Counted from the stretch's first letter, positions 49,553-59,859 are shown. The stretch is 64,000 nt of DNA from Candidatus Bathyarchaeota archaeon (GCA_018396535.1 JAGTQC010000003.1:64001-128000), one strand, 5' to 3'. A program made the numbers and translations. The notes: generated by a model not told the origin, from the sequence alone.

Positions 49553-50623
49553 ATGCGGCTGCCGCTAGCGATGTTAAAGTATCTAGCTAAGCGTATGATA
49601 CTGTTATTTGCTACGCTCGTAGTAGCTATATATCTAACCATAATCATAGCTAACGCTGGCGGTCTTATAGATGATATATTGAAGGCTCAGCTTAGATACG
49701 AGATAGCGAGTAATCTAGCTAGATCTCCAGGCTGGTCTCAGCTCACTGAGGAGGAACAGAGGAGGATTATAGATGAGAGATTTCAATCTGCTATAGAAGC
49801 TAAGGGGTTGGATAGACCGTTCCTAGAGCGTACGTTTAAATATCTCATAGATGCCTTAACGTTAAGTCTCGGTAGAGCTCTCTTCATAACGAGTGCTAGC
49901 GGATCTAAAGCGGTAGGCGATATAATACTGGAGAGGTTGCCGCAAACAGTGCTATTATTCACTACAGGTACCATACTTTACTCCATTATAGGTCTCCTCC
50001 TAGGATTGTATATGGCTAAACGTCCAGGCGGGTTTTTCGATAGGATATTCTCAGTCTTTGCTGTGGTAACTCAAGTTATACCTCCATGGTTCTTCGGTAT
50101 CCTCTTCATAATGGTGTTCGCATACTATCTCGGATTAGTACCGTTCGGGGGCATGGTGAGTGTACCTCCACCTAGGGATCCTCTGAACTATGTACTAGAT
50201 GTAGCTTACCATATGGCTCTACCGTTATTCACATGGATATTCTCGCTATTCGGTGCTTGGGCGTATATAGCTAGGAACCTTATAGTTCAGATAGCTGAGG
50301 AGGATTTCGTAAACACGGCTAAAGCTAAAGGTCTACCTGAGAATATTGTTATGCGTAGACATGTATTGAGACCTAGCCTCCCGCCTATCGTAACGGTTAT
50401 CTCGTTATCGCTTATAGCTTCATGGCAAGGAGCTATAATAACCGAGACTGTGTTCAACTGGCCTGGTTTAGGTACGTTATTCTATCAAGCGATAAACTCG
50501 TTGGATGCACCTGTAGTTATAGGGTTAACAGTTATATACGCTTACCTACTCGTAGCTACTGTACTCGTACTAGATCTAGTCTATAGTATACTAGATCCGA
50601 GGATAAGAGCTGGGAGGATTTAG
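49553..50623 (+). CDS. ABC permease, OppB/DppB family
   Basis: TAKAKGL EAA loop, ETVFNWPGLG, LDPRIR. Confidence 0.93.
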   Translation: MRLPLAMLKYLAKRMILLFATLVVAIYLTIIIANAGGLIDDILKAQLRYEIASNLARSPGWSQLTEEEQRRIIDERFQSAIEAKGLDRPFLERTFKYLIDALTLSLGRALFITSASGSKAVGDIILERLPQTVLLFTTGTILYSIIGLLLGLYMAKRPGGFFDRIFSVFAVVTQVIPPWFFGILFIMVFAYYLGLVPFGGMVSVPPPRDPLNYVLDVAYHMALPLFTWIFSLFGAWAYIARNLIVQIAEEDFVNTAKAKGLPENIVMRRHVLRPSLPPIVTVISLSLIASWQGAIITETVFNWPGLGTLFYQAINSLDAPVVIGLTVIYAYLLVATVLVLDLVYSILDPRIRAGRI

Positions 50624-50626
50624 ACT

Positions 50627-52009
50627 ATGAGTGCATCTAGGGGGTTACAAGATGTAGCGGATGCCGTACTAAGATCTAAAACCGGTTTGGTAGGATTATC
50701 CATCCTGGTAGCTATGGTGATCTTATCTATCCTAGCTCTAGCATATGTACCTTTCGACGTAGCTAGGGAGTGGAATAACCCATCATTCTGGCAGCGTAAT
50801 CCTAGACTTGCCCTACCGAGTTGGATAAATATATTCCTAGGTGGGAGACTCCCGGAGACTATAACACTCTCTAACGATAGCTTCCGTAAATACTCGTATT
50901 ATCTTGAAACAGTAGGATTGAAGTATTGTATACTCGAAGCGGATTTATCGTATTCGTATGGAGATTTCCCATCCGAACTGCGTCTCCTACTCTATATAAA
51001 AGGTGAGGAAGCTTTAACAACGGTGAGATGGATTCAACCTAACGGTGTGGATCTAACGGTATGGAAGGGTTCGTTTAAACGTGGTTCTAATACCATCTAC
51101 ATATCACGTCAGATAGATGTGCGTGAATTTATCAGGGATTCTTTGAAAAAGCTTAATCTTACAATACCATCAACAGTGAATCCTGAGGTAATCCTATTCG
51201 TAGATAATACTATGGTTCATAGCGAACTTACACCGGTTAACGGTAGGTATAGGATTAAGATAGAAGCTGTATCTTCAGATCCGTATACGGATGTAGAAGC
51301 TGAATTTATAGTCTATGGTAGGGTCTATGGTTTAGCAGGTACTGATGATAAGAGGCGTGATCTATTCGTAGGTCTAGTTTGGGGTGCACCTATAGCTTTA
51401 GCCTTCGGTTTAATCGCTGCTATAGCTACGAGCCTTCTACAGACGCTTATAGGTTCGTTGAGTGCGTGGTATGGAGGCTTTATCGATGAAGCTATCCAGA
51501 GGGTTACGGATGTATATATGATAATCCCCTTCCTACCTATACTTATCACTATATCGGTTATATATAGGATAGATATATGGACTCTTCTACTGGTAGTCGT
51601 AGGTTTAAGCTTATTTGGAGGAGCTACTAAGACTGCTAGGAGTATGACATTCCAGATTATGGCTGAGCAGTATATAGAAGCAGCTATATCCTATGGTGCT
51701 AGTCGTAGACGTATCCTTCTCCTATACATACTACCTAGGTTGATGCCTTATACTATGGCTAACATAGTATTATCTGTACCAGGCTATGTATTCCTCGAAG
51801 CAGCTCTAAGCGTATTGGGTCTGGGAGATCCTATGATGCCTACATGGGGTAAGATTATAAGCGATGCCTACTCTGGGGGAGCGGTTGTGCATGGGTTATG
51901 GTGGTGGATACTGCTACCATCAGCTCTTATAATACTTACAGCTATCTCGTTCGCATTCTTAGGGCTAGCTCTAGATAAGGTTGTTAATCCTAGGTTGAGG
52001 GAGAGGTAG
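50627..52009 (+). CDS. ABC permease, OppC/DppC family with large extracellular loop
   Basis: GTD..RRD, YIEAA.SYGAS, EAALS.LGLG, NPRLR. Confidence 0.93.
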   Translation: MSASRGLQDVADAVLRSKTGLVGLSILVAMVILSILALAYVPFDVAREWNNPSFWQRNPRLALPSWINIFLGGRLPETITLSNDSFRKYSYYLETVGLKYCILEADLSYSYGDFPSELRLLLYIKGEEALTTVRWIQPNGVDLTVWKGSFKRGSNTIYISRQIDVREFIRDSLKKLNLTIPSTVNPEVILFVDNTMVHSELTPVNGRYRIKIEAVSSDPYTDVEAEFIVYGRVYGLAGTDDKRRDLFVGLVWGAPIALAFGLIAAIATSLLQTLIGSLSAWYGGFIDEAIQRVTDVYMIIPFLPILITISVIYRIDIWTLLLVVVGLSLFGGATKTARSMTFQIMAEQYIEAAISYGASRRRILLLYILPRLMPYTMANIVLSVPGYVFLEAALSVLGLGDPMMPTWGKIISDAYSGGAVVHGLWWWILLPSALIILTAISFAFLGLALDKVVNPRLRER

Positions 52010-52015
52010 AACTGT

Positions 52016-52975
52016 ATGGATAGCCTCTTAAAGGTTAGGGGTTTGAAGCTATACTATAGGACTAGGAGAGGTATCGTTAGAGCTGTTGATGGTGTTAGCT
52101 TCGATCTACGTAGGGGTGAAACTCTAGCTATAGTAGGGGAATCCGGATGTGGTAAATCCTCTATGGCTATAGCTATAATACGGATACTCCCTAGAAATAT
52201 CGATACGTATGATGGTGAGATAATACTGGATGGGGTTGATATTATGAAGATCGATGATGGTAGATTTAGAGAGGAGGTAGCTTGGAGGAGGATCTCTATG
52301 GTATTCCAGGGTGCTATGAATGCTTTAAACCCTGTTATGAAGGTTGGATTCCAGGTTGCGGAGCCTCTGATACTTCATGGTAAAATGGATAAGGGTGAAG
52401 CCTTAGGTAAAGCTAGGACATTACTAGGGTTGGTAGGTCTACCTCCGTTTATAGCTGATAGGTATCCTCATGAACTTAGTGGAGGTATGAAGCAGAGGGT
52501 TGTTATAGCTATGGCTCTAGCTTTGAATCCAGAAATAGTTATACTAGATGAGCCTACATCTGCGTTAGATGTTATAACTCAAGCTAACATAATGAACCTG
52601 CTTAAGAAGCTTAAGAAGGAGAGGGGTCTCTCATACATATTTATAACGCATGATCTAGCTCTCGCAAGCGAGCTTGCAGATACAGTCGCGGTTATGTATG
52701 GGGGTAAGATAATGGAATATGGGGCTGCAGAACAGTTATACCTAGATCCGAAGCATCCATACTCTCAGAAGCTACTAGCTAGTATACCTACTTTGAGAAC
52801 TGATAAGAAGCTTGAATTCATACCTGGTGCTCCTCCAGATCTAGTATCTCCTCCACCAGGATGCCGTTTCCATCCTAGATGCCCCTACGCTATGCCTGTA
52901 TGTAGGGAGAGGGAGCCTATACTCGGAGAGGTTGAGAAGGATAGATACGTAGCATGCTGGCTATACGGTGGGTGA
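52016..52975 (+). CDS. ABC ATPase, OppD/DppD
   Basis: [21 protein letters not shown]-terminal Cys motif GCRFHPRCP. Confidence 0.95.
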   Translation: MDSLLKVRGLKLYYRTRRGIVRAVDGVSFDLRRGETLAIVGESGCGKSSMAIAIIRILPRNIDTYDGEIILDGVDIMKIDDGRFREEVAWRRISMVFQGAMNALNPVMKVGFQVAEPLILHGKMDKGEALGKARTLLGLVGLPPFIADRYPHELSGGMKQRVVIAMALALNPEIVILDEPTSALDVITQANIMNLLKKLKKERGLSYIFITHDLALASELADTVAVMYGGKIMEYGAAEQLYLDPKHPYSQKLLASIPTLRTDKKLEFIPGAPPDLVSPPPGCRFHPRCPYAMPVCREREPILGEVEKDRYVACWLYGG

Positions 52976-53137
52976 TTTGAGCATAGCTAATCTACTCGAA
53001 GTTCGAAATCTAAGAGTCTGGTTTCCTATAAGAAGGTTGTTTAAAGAACCTTTATTTGTTAGAGCTGTTGATGGTGTTAGCTTCGATCTACGTAGGGGTG
53101 AAACTCTAGCTATAGTAGGGGAATCCGGATGTGGTAA
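52076..53137 (+). repeat. Perfect 80-bp direct repeat (52076-52155 = 53058-53137)
   Basis: Exact identity across the Walker A regions of the two ATPases. Confidence 0.93.
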
Positions 53138-53940
53138 GACGACTCTAGGTAAGGCATGTCTTAGGCTAGTCGAACCGACATCCGGTTCGATATTATACGA
53201 TGGGAGGGATATTACTAGTATACCGGATAAGGAATTGAAGTGGTATCGTAGAGAAGCTCAGATAATATACCAGGATCCATTCAGTAGTCTAAACCCATTC
53301 TTCACAGTATACAAGATTCTGGAGGAGCCTCTAATAGTAAACGAGGTTGGAGATGATAGATCTGAGCTTGTATATAAAGCTCTAGAAGATGTTAAGCTCA
53401 CACCGATCGAGGAGTTTGTAGGTAAGTATCCGCATATGCTGAGCGGTGGGCAGAGGCAGAGGGTTGCTATAGCTAGAGCTTTAATCTTGAAACCGCGTTT
53501 CGTAGTAGCTGATGAACCAGTATCTATGCTCGATGTATCGGTTAGGGTAGAGATACTCTACCTTCTCAAAGAATTGCAGGAGAGGTATGGTATAGCCTTC
53601 CTGTATATAACCCATGATATAGCTACGGTGAAATACTTCTCAGATCGTATAGGAGTTATGTATGCAGGTAACTTTGTCGAATCAGGTTTGATTAAAACCG
53701 TGGTATCGGATCCGCTACACCCGTATACGAAGGCGTTGATAGAAGCTATACCGGATCCGGATCCGAAGAATAGGTTTGTGGAGAGAAAGGTTGTAGCAGG
53801 TGAACCGCCTAACCCTATAGATATACCTCCAGGATGCCGTTTCCATCCTAGATGCCCCTACGCTATGCCTGTATGTAGGGAGAGGGAGCCTATACTCGGA
53901 GAGGTTGAGAAGGATAGATACGTAGCATGCTGGCTATACG
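52856..53940 (+). repeat. Perfect 112-bp direct repeat (52856-52967 = 53829-53940)
   Basis: Exact identity across the C-terminal Cys-rich domains of the two ATPases. Confidence 0.93.
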
Positions 53941-53948
53941 ATCGGTAG
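52968..53948 (+). CDS. ABC ATPase, OppF/DppF
   Basis: [33 protein letters not shown]. Confidence 0.95.
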   Translation: MGDLSIANLLEVRNLRVWFPIRRLFKEPLFVRAVDGVSFDLRRGETLAIVGESGCGKTTLGKACLRLVEPTSGSILYDGRDITSIPDKELKWYRREAQIIYQDPFSSLNPFFTVYKILEEPLIVNEVGDDRSELVYKALEDVKLTPIEEFVGKYPHMLSGGQRQRVAIARALILKPRFVVADEPVSMLDVSVRVEILYLLKELQERYGIAFLYITHDIATVKYFSDRIGVMYAGNFVESGLIKTVVSDPLHPYTKALIEAIPDPDPKNRFVERKVVAGEPPNPIDIPPGCRFHPRCPYAMPVCREREPILGEVEKDRYVACWLYDR

Positions 53949-53993
53949 GATAACTAAGAAATGGTATGGTTGGAGATTGTTTAAGCTATCCTT

Positions 53994-55157
53994 CTAACCT
54001 GTAAGTATTATCTTCTTAACGACGTCTATAATCCTAGCTTGATCGCCAGTCTCCCTAGCCTCCTCCAGCTCATCTCTCCTAGCGTATATTAGTAGAGCTT
54101 TCTTCATCAAGTTTCCGAATATCTCTTTACTAAGCTTCATAGCCTTCACCGGATCCATCCTATACGTGAATTGATCCTCTCCAAACCATCCATCGTAGCC
54201 TATATCTATAGCTGCGTATAGGTAGTCTACGAAACGCCATATATCTCCTGTACCGAATACCCTATCTTCATCGTTACTATGTAGTTTAGCAGTATTTATA
54301 TGGAATCCCACTATGGGTACACCCATACCATGTAATGCGTATACTGTGAATGCTGGTTCGACTGCATACATCTGTTCATGCCCATAATCTATGGTTACAC
54401 CCATAACCTTAGACCCCACCTCCTCGTTCACCTTATAGGCTATCCATCCAGCTAGGTGTGTTGTAGGAACTATCATATTCCCCTCTTTAGGCTCCTTAAG
54501 CTTAGCTTCGACACCGAATTTTAGATCAAGCTCTCTACACCTCTTCGAAGCTTGTCTACAAGCATCGAGGAACCATTCGAATTTACGTAGATAGTTTGAT
54601 TCGAAGTTGTAATCCCACCCATCCTGACCTGGCCATAGGCTTAGGCTAGGGCTTCCAACTTCTCTAGCTAGATCTGCAGCTTGTAGTAGTATTTCGAATG
54701 CCCTCTCCCTAACCTCTCTTATAGGGTTTGTTACAGATCCAAGCTTCCATCTGGGATCTGTGAACATATTTATATTCATATTCGATACCTTGAGGCTAAG
54801 CTTTTCGAGGATCGATTTAACCTTCACAACCCTATCCTCATCTATCCTTAGATTCTCATCTAGGAATAGTACATCGTGGAACTCAACCCCTTCTATACCT
54901 GCTTCAGCTATCCTCTTAAGCTGTGCTTCTATACTCGAATCCAACTCTGGGAAGTATCCTCTAGTAGCGAATCTATCTAGAAAATCTCCTGCAGACCAGT
55001 GTCCAGCTGCGAATTTTATATCGAAATCCTTGAAGAATCTATCCAGTACATCGCCTTCAAGATAACCCTTATACTCTGTTTCAAGCTTCGCAAGATTATT
55101 CTTAGATACCTTCAAGCCGCTATCACCCCGAATAGAAATTGTCGAATCTTTAACCAA
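53994..55157 (-). CDS. Xylose-isomerase-family sugar isomerase, substrate unknown
   Basis: VEFHD, LWPGQDG, EAKLKEP, DYGHE, DEDR metal ligands. Confidence 0.8.
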   Translation of the reverse strand: MVKDSTISIRGDSGLKVSKNNLAKLETEYKGYLEGDVLDRFFKDFDIKFAAGHWSAGDFLDRFATRGYFPELDSSIEAQLKRIAEAGIEGVEFHDVLFLDENLRIDEDRVVKVKSILEKLSLKVSNMNINMFTDPRWKLGSVTNPIREVRERAFEILLQAADLAREVGSPSLSLWPGQDGWDYNFESNYLRKFEWFLDACRQASKRCRELDLKFGVEAKLKEPKEGNMIVPTTHLAGWIAYKVNEEVGSKVMGVTIDYGHEQMYAVEPAFTVYALHGMGVPIVGFHINTAKLHSNDEDRVFGTGDIWRFVDYLYAAIDIGYDGWFGEDQFTYRMDPVKAMKLSKEIFGNLMKKALLIYARRDELEEARETGDQARIIDVVKKIILTG

Positions 55158-55165
55158 TATTAAAC

Positions 55166-56980
55166 TTACTCCTCCTCGATAGTAGCGGCTGTATAGTAGT
55201 ATTCACCCATCTCCTTCTGTATCCTATCCAGTCTCGAACCCTCCTTATTAGCTCTAGGCCTATACGTTTGTCTATCCCTTCTAAACGTTACTCCAAGCTC
55301 CTTGAGGAACATATTCATACCACTCCTCATATCCATAGGCTGATGCCCGTAACCATCGACTCCAGGTATACCTGAGAATACCATAAGCCTATCAGCTATG
55401 AAATCTTGGACTAGTATATCATGCTCGACGACGAAGGCAACCCTACCGAGATTTTCTACGATCCTACGAACAGCTCTAGCCATAGCTAACCTCTCCTCTA
55501 CATCTAGATATGCGCTAGGCTCATCGAGTAGGTATATATCAGCATCCATGGATAAACATATAGCTATAGCTAGCTTCTGAAGCTCACCGCCGCTTAGATC
55601 TGATACCCTCCTATCTAAGATCTTATCCAATCTGAAGGGTCTATATATCTCCTCTCTGAAGAAGCTGGACTCCATCCTATCGCCTAGAGTCTTCCTCAAT
55701 AATACTTCTACAACCCCATCGTAATCCCCGGATATATACTGAGGCTTATAACTAACCTTAACTCCACCTGGTAGGGCATCCCCCTCGTCAGGCTTCTCCA
55801 ACCCGGCTAGAAGCTTAACGAACGTAGTCTTACCGATACCATTCGGTCCTAGTATACCTATAACCTCGCCTCTACGTATGAATCCAGGTTCAACTCTCAG
55901 AGTGAATCCTCCAAGCTTCTTAACCATGAAGCCCCAGCTATACTCTATATCGATAGACTCAGCTACCTGGGTAGGTGGTTTAACCTGGAATCTTATAGGT
56001 TGACTCCTAAACCTTACATTATCGCTTGGAATATATCCTTCGAGAAACATGTTTATCCCATCTCTAACAGCTCTAGGATAGGATACTATACCGTATACAC
56101 CTGGATCACCATATAGAACCGATATCATATCAGACATGTAATCCAATACTATCAGATCATGCTCAGCTACGACTACCATAACATCCTGTTTAGCTAGCCA
56201 TCTGATAACCCTAGCTACCTTAATCCTCTGACGTACATCTAGATAGCTTGAAGGCTCGTCGAATATGTATACATCAGCATCTCTACATACAACCGCTGCT
56301 ATAGCAACCCTCTGTAGCTCTCCACCGCTAAGTACATCCACCCTTCTATCGATAACTTCTCTAAGCTCTAGGATCGATACGATATAATCCATAACGCCCC
56401 GCTCATCTAGCTTAGATAGGAGTCTACTAGCTTCGCCCTTAAACACTCTAGGTATAGCATCTATATACTGAGGCTTATACGCTACTCTAAGATTACCCGA
56501 GGCGAGTTTAGCGAAGTAGTCTTTAAGAGATGTACCTCCGAAGTACTCTATTATACTATCCCAGTCTGGCGGATCACCCTCCACTACTCCTAGGTTAGGT
56601 TTAAGCTTACCTGCAAGTATACGGAGGGATGTAGATTTACCTACACCATTCTTACCTACTAGACCTAGTACGGTAGATCTAGCTGGTATAGGTAGTCTGA
56701 ATAGTTTAAACCCGTTAACACCATATCTATGGATACATTCACCTTCAAGCTCTCCTGGAAGATTAACTATCGATATAGCTTTAAACGGGCATTTATTAAC
56801 ACAGATACCGCATCCTATGCATAGCTCCTCAGATATTATAGGCTTACCCTTATCATCCACCTTGATAACTTCGATCTTATTCCTAACGAGTGGGCATAGA
56901 CGTCTGCATAGTAGTCCACAATCTTCTACACGGCAGCTATCTCTATCTATTACAGCAATCCTGTTAGTCATAGCCGACAC
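55166..56980 (-). CDS. rli: Ribosome recycling ATPase ABCE1/RLI
   Basis: Two Fe-S motifs, two NBDs (GKNGVGKS, GPNGIGKT, LSGGELQ x2), TFRRD...RPRANK. Confidence 0.97.
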   Translation of the reverse strand: MSAMTNRIAVIDRDSCRVEDCGLLCRRLCPLVRNKIEVIKVDDKGKPIISEELCIGCGICVNKCPFKAISIVNLPGELEGECIHRYGVNGFKLFRLPIPARSTVLGLVGKNGVGKSTSLRILAGKLKPNLGVVEGDPPDWDSIIEYFGGTSLKDYFAKLASGNLRVAYKPQYIDAIPRVFKGEASRLLSKLDERGVMDYIVSILELREVIDRRVDVLSGGELQRVAIAAVVCRDADVYIFDEPSSYLDVRQRIKVARVIRWLAKQDVMVVVAEHDLIVLDYMSDMISVLYGDPGVYGIVSYPRAVRDGINMFLEGYIPSDNVRFRSQPIRFQVKPPTQVAESIDIEYSWGFMVKKLGGFTLRVEPGFIRRGEVIGILGPNGIGKTTFVKLLAGLEKPDEGDALPGGVKVSYKPQYISGDYDGVVEVLLRKTLGDRMESSFFREEIYRPFRLDKILDRRVSDLSGGELQKLAIAICLSMDADIYLLDEPSAYLDVEERLAMARAVRRIVENLGRVAFVVEHDILVQDFIADRLMVFSGIPGVDGYGHQPMDMRSGMNMFLKELGVTFRRDRQTYRPRANKEGSRLDRIQKEMGEYYYTAATIEEE

Positions 56981-57015
56981 CTAGAATGATTCCGCTATAG
57001 GTGAATGATAGTGGA

Positions 57016-57030
57016 AAGGGGAAAAAAGGT
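57016..57030 (-). terminator. Pyrimidine/oligo-T terminator after the Glu/Trp micropeptide
   Basis: Reverse strand ACCTTTTTTCCCCTT about 35 nt after the stop codon. Confidence 0.5.
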
Positions 57031-57061
57031 AACGGAAGGAGTGGAAGGTTGGGGGGCTAAG

Positions 57062-57169
57062 CTACCACTCCTCCTCTTCCTCTTCCTCCCACTCTTCCTC
57101 CTCCCACTCCTCTTCCTCCCATTCCTCCTCCCATTCTTCCTCCTCTTCCTCCTCTTCGAATCTGAACAT
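57062..57169 (-). CDS. 35-aa Glu/Trp micropeptide MFRF-E8-W-E3-W-E4-W-E4-W-E7-W (not in ORF track)
   Basis: ATG at 57169, TAG at 57062; GGAGGTG SD 7 nt upstream; BRE/TATA at 57220-57233; the triplet phase of GAG/GAA/TGG is kept throughout. Confidence 0.8.
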   Translation of the reverse strand: MFRFEEEEEEEEWEEEWEEEEWEEEEWEEEEEEEW

Positions 57170-57219
57170 GATCTAACACCTCCCCCTTAGCGGGGCTAAA
57201 GAAGCATCCCCACCGCTAG

Positions 57220-57233
57220 TTTAAAAACTTTTT
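57220..57233 (-). promoter_or_regulatory. BRE/TATA promoter of the micropeptide gene
   Basis: Reverse strand AAAAAGTTTTTAAA. Confidence 0.6.
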
Positions 57234-57284
57234 GATCATGAACGATCGCCATACATTCCCTCTCAATCTAAACTATACTAGTAT

Positions 57285-57360
57285 GGGATTGGGGTGCTTA
57301 GCACACTCAAGATCCCGCTCATCAGGATCGCAAGGGCCAGAGCTGCCATCGCACCCCGAG
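57285..57360. ncRNA. Candidate structured small RNA, class unknown
   Basis: GC-rich intergenic block closed by GGGGTGC/GCACCCC, with an internal GATCC/GGATC hairpin and CTGATGA on the minus strand. Confidence 0.4.
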
Positions 57361-57386
57361 ACTAGTATATATTAGATTCTTCTAGA

Positions 57387-58361
57387 TTAGCGTTTCCTCG
57401 ATACATCGTTCACAGGGTATCTGGGGGGCTCTCCATGTAGAACCCTTAGTATATCCTCCACAGCTGTCAGAGCCATCCTCCTCCTACATTCTGAAGTATT
57501 GGAAGCTATATGTGGTGTAAGTATTACGTTATCGAGATCTAGTAGAGGATCATCTAGGGGTAGAGGCTCCTCCCAGAATACATCTAATCCAGCTCCAGCT
57601 ATCCACCCCTCCTTTAAAGCCTTTACTAGAGAATCGTGATCCACTATAGGTCCTCTAGCTATATTAACTAGGATAGCTGTAGGCTTCATAAGCTTAAGCT
57701 CCTCCTCCCCTATCATACCGCGTGTATACTCTGTTAACGGACATGATACTACTATGAAATCGGATTCTCTAAGTAGATCTTCTAGAGATCTATACTCTAC
57801 TCCAAACTCTGCTTCTAGCTGAGGCTTCCTAACGATATCGTAGTATAGTATCTTCATAGAGAATCCTCTAGCACGTTTAGCTATAGCCGATCCTATCCTT
57901 CCTAAGCCTATTATACCTATAACCTTACCCCATACATCCATCCCTACGAATAGGAATGGATCTCTAATCCTCCATAACCTAGATTTGACATACTGAGATG
58001 ATCTACAGATATTCCTAGCTAAGCAGAGTATGTGAGCGAAAGCCATATCCGCTACGGTTTCATGGAGGACTGGGGTTATGGTAACCCATACCCCCCTCTC
58101 GGTAGCAGCATCTACATCAACATTATCGTATCCAACCCCATGCCTAGCTATTACTCTAAGCCTAGATGCCGATTCTATAACCCTCCTACTCACTCTCTCT
58201 ACATTAAGTGTTACGAGTATAGCGTCAGCATCTCTAACCGATTCTATAAGCTCATCCTCGGTAGGAGGTTTATCGAATACATATACATCAGTATACTTCT
58301 TCAATAATTCTAAAGCCTCGCTATGTATGGGAGCTGTTATTACCACATGGTATCTACCCAT
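57387..58361 (-). CDS. D-2-hydroxyacid dehydrogenase (glyoxylate reductase-like)
   Basis: GVGYDNVD, GLGRIG, NIARG, GLDVFWEEP, PHIAS. Confidence 0.92.
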   Translation of the reverse strand: MGRYHVVITAPIHSEALELLKKYTDVYVFDKPPTEDELIESVRDADAILVTLNVERVSRRVIESASRLRVIARHGVGYDNVDVDAATERGVWVTITPVLHETVADMAFAHILCLARNICRSSQYVKSRLWRIRDPFLFVGMDVWGKVIGIIGLGRIGSAIAKRARGFSMKILYYDIVRKPQLEAEFGVEYRSLEDLLRESDFIVVSCPLTEYTRGMIGEEELKLMKPTAILVNIARGPIVDHDSLVKALKEGWIAGAGLDVFWEEPLPLDDPLLDLDNVILTPHIASNTSECRRRMALTAVEDILRVLHGEPPRYPVNDVSRKR

Positions 58362-58497
58362 TCATCCATCCCCCGAATAGTATCCTACTACTTAACCCCA
58401 TCTACATCATACGGCTAGTACTAGGATAAAGGATTTAACTATAATATCACACCGTTAACTTCGATCCAGAACTAGCTAAATCTACTAATATGCATAT

Positions 58498-59787
58498 CTA
58501 TGTGTAGAGCTTCCTATCGAGTATCTTATAGACGCAGTATTCTCCACACATGGTGCATGTACCGCTCCTAGATTTCACTCTCCCATGAATCTCCGAAGCT
58601 TTCTCAGGATCCATAGATAGCTTAAACTGTGTTACCCAATCTAGACGTGCTCTAGCCTCCCCCATAGCTTTATCGATATCTAAAACCCTACCTCCAACCC
58701 TGTATAAATCTACAGCGTGAGCTGCGATCTTAGAAGCTATAACACCATGCTTTATATCTTCAGGTAGGGGTAAGCCTAGATGCTCTGATGGAGTAACTAC
58801 GCATAGGAAATCTGCACCAGCAAGCCCAGCTATAGCGCTTCCGATAGCAGCTGCTATATGATCGTATGGGGTTGCTATATCGGTAACTATAGGTCCTAGT
58901 AGATAGTATGGGGCTCCTTTACATACAGCCTTCTCTAAAGCTACGTTAGCAGCTATCTGGTGTATAGGCATGTGTCCAGGTCCCTCAACCATACACTGAA
59001 CATCCATCCCCCTACTCCTCTCTACGAGCTCCGCTACTGTTAGTAGCTCCATATTCTGAGCTATATCGTTCGCATCAGCTATACATCCAGGTCTAAGACC
59101 ATCACCTAAACTTATACATACATCATATTCTCTAGCTAACTCTAGTATGTAATCATAGTTCTCGTATAACGGATTCTCCCTACCATGATGTAGCATCCAC
59201 GATGCTATGAATGCTCCTCCACGGCTAACTATACCAGCAACCCTTCTACCCTTCTTCAAAGATTCTAGAGCTTTATAGGTTATACCACAGTGGAGTGTAA
59301 CGAAGTCTACCCCATCCTTGAAATGCCTCTCTATAGTGTTTAACACATCATCCTCGCTCATATCTATGATGGAGCCATACTTTCTAATAGATTCTATAGC
59401 AGCTTGGTATATCGGTACAGTACCTATAGGAGAGTCAAGTTCTCTAATAAGTAGTCTACGAGTATAGTCTAGATCTCCTCCAGTAGATAGATCCATAACC
59501 GTATCTGCTCCATATCTCAAACCAATCCTAGCCTTCTCGAGCTCCAGATATGGGTCGGATAGATCGACCGAAGTACCGACGTTAACGTTAACCTTCACGG
59601 TTAACCCCTCTCCTATAGCTACCGGTTTACCCAGCTTCCTATCCCTAGATGAATTACACGGTATAACAGCTACACCCCTCGCTACCATACTGGTAAGCTT
59701 TTCAGGATTAACCCCCTCTGATCTAGCTACCTCGACTACTATACCCGGTATAATACCCCTCCTAGCTTCACTCATGATAGTACCCAT
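58498..59787 (-). CDS. thiC: Phosphomethylpyrimidine synthase (ThiC family)
   Basis: KVNVNVGTS, MDLSTGG, GTVPIYQA, SRGG, EGPGH, CTMCGEYC. No riboswitch upstream; a BzaA/B/F-type role is not excluded. Confidence 0.9.
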   Translation of the reverse strand: MGTIMSEARRGIIPGIVVEVARSEGVNPEKLTSMVARGVAVIPCNSSRDRKLGKPVAIGEGLTVKVNVNVGTSVDLSDPYLELEKARIGLRYGADTVMDLSTGGDLDYTRRLLIRELDSPIGTVPIYQAAIESIRKYGSIIDMSEDDVLNTIERHFKDGVDFVTLHCGITYKALESLKKGRRVAGIVSRGGAFIASWMLHHGRENPLYENYDYILELAREYDVCISLGDGLRPGCIADANDIAQNMELLTVAELVERSRGMDVQCMVEGPGHMPIHQIAANVALEKAVCKGAPYYLLGPIVTDIATPYDHIAAAIGSAIAGLAGADFLCVVTPSEHLGLPLPEDIKHGVIASKIAAHAVDLYRVGGRVLDIDKAMGEARARLDWVTQFKLSMDPEKASEIHGRVKSRSGTCTMCGEYCVYKILDRKLYT

Positions 59788-59859
59788 AACTAACCTAGAT
59801 TAGATCAACCTACATCTCAAGATAAATCTTCCCATAGGCTAGGCGTTGGAGAATCGACC

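Noticed and set aside
57005-57190. Leu/Phe-rich 61-aa plus-strand ORF in the track
   Set aside because: It is the antisense shadow of the Glu/Trp ORF, which has the SD, promoter and terminator.
57285-57362. TPP riboswitch, fluoride riboswitch or hammerhead ribozyme
   Set aside because: CTCGGGGTGC and CCTGAT resemble TPP, but UGAGA and P5 are missing and it is not upstream of thiC. The fluoride P1 stem is absent. No GAAA follows CUGAUGA.
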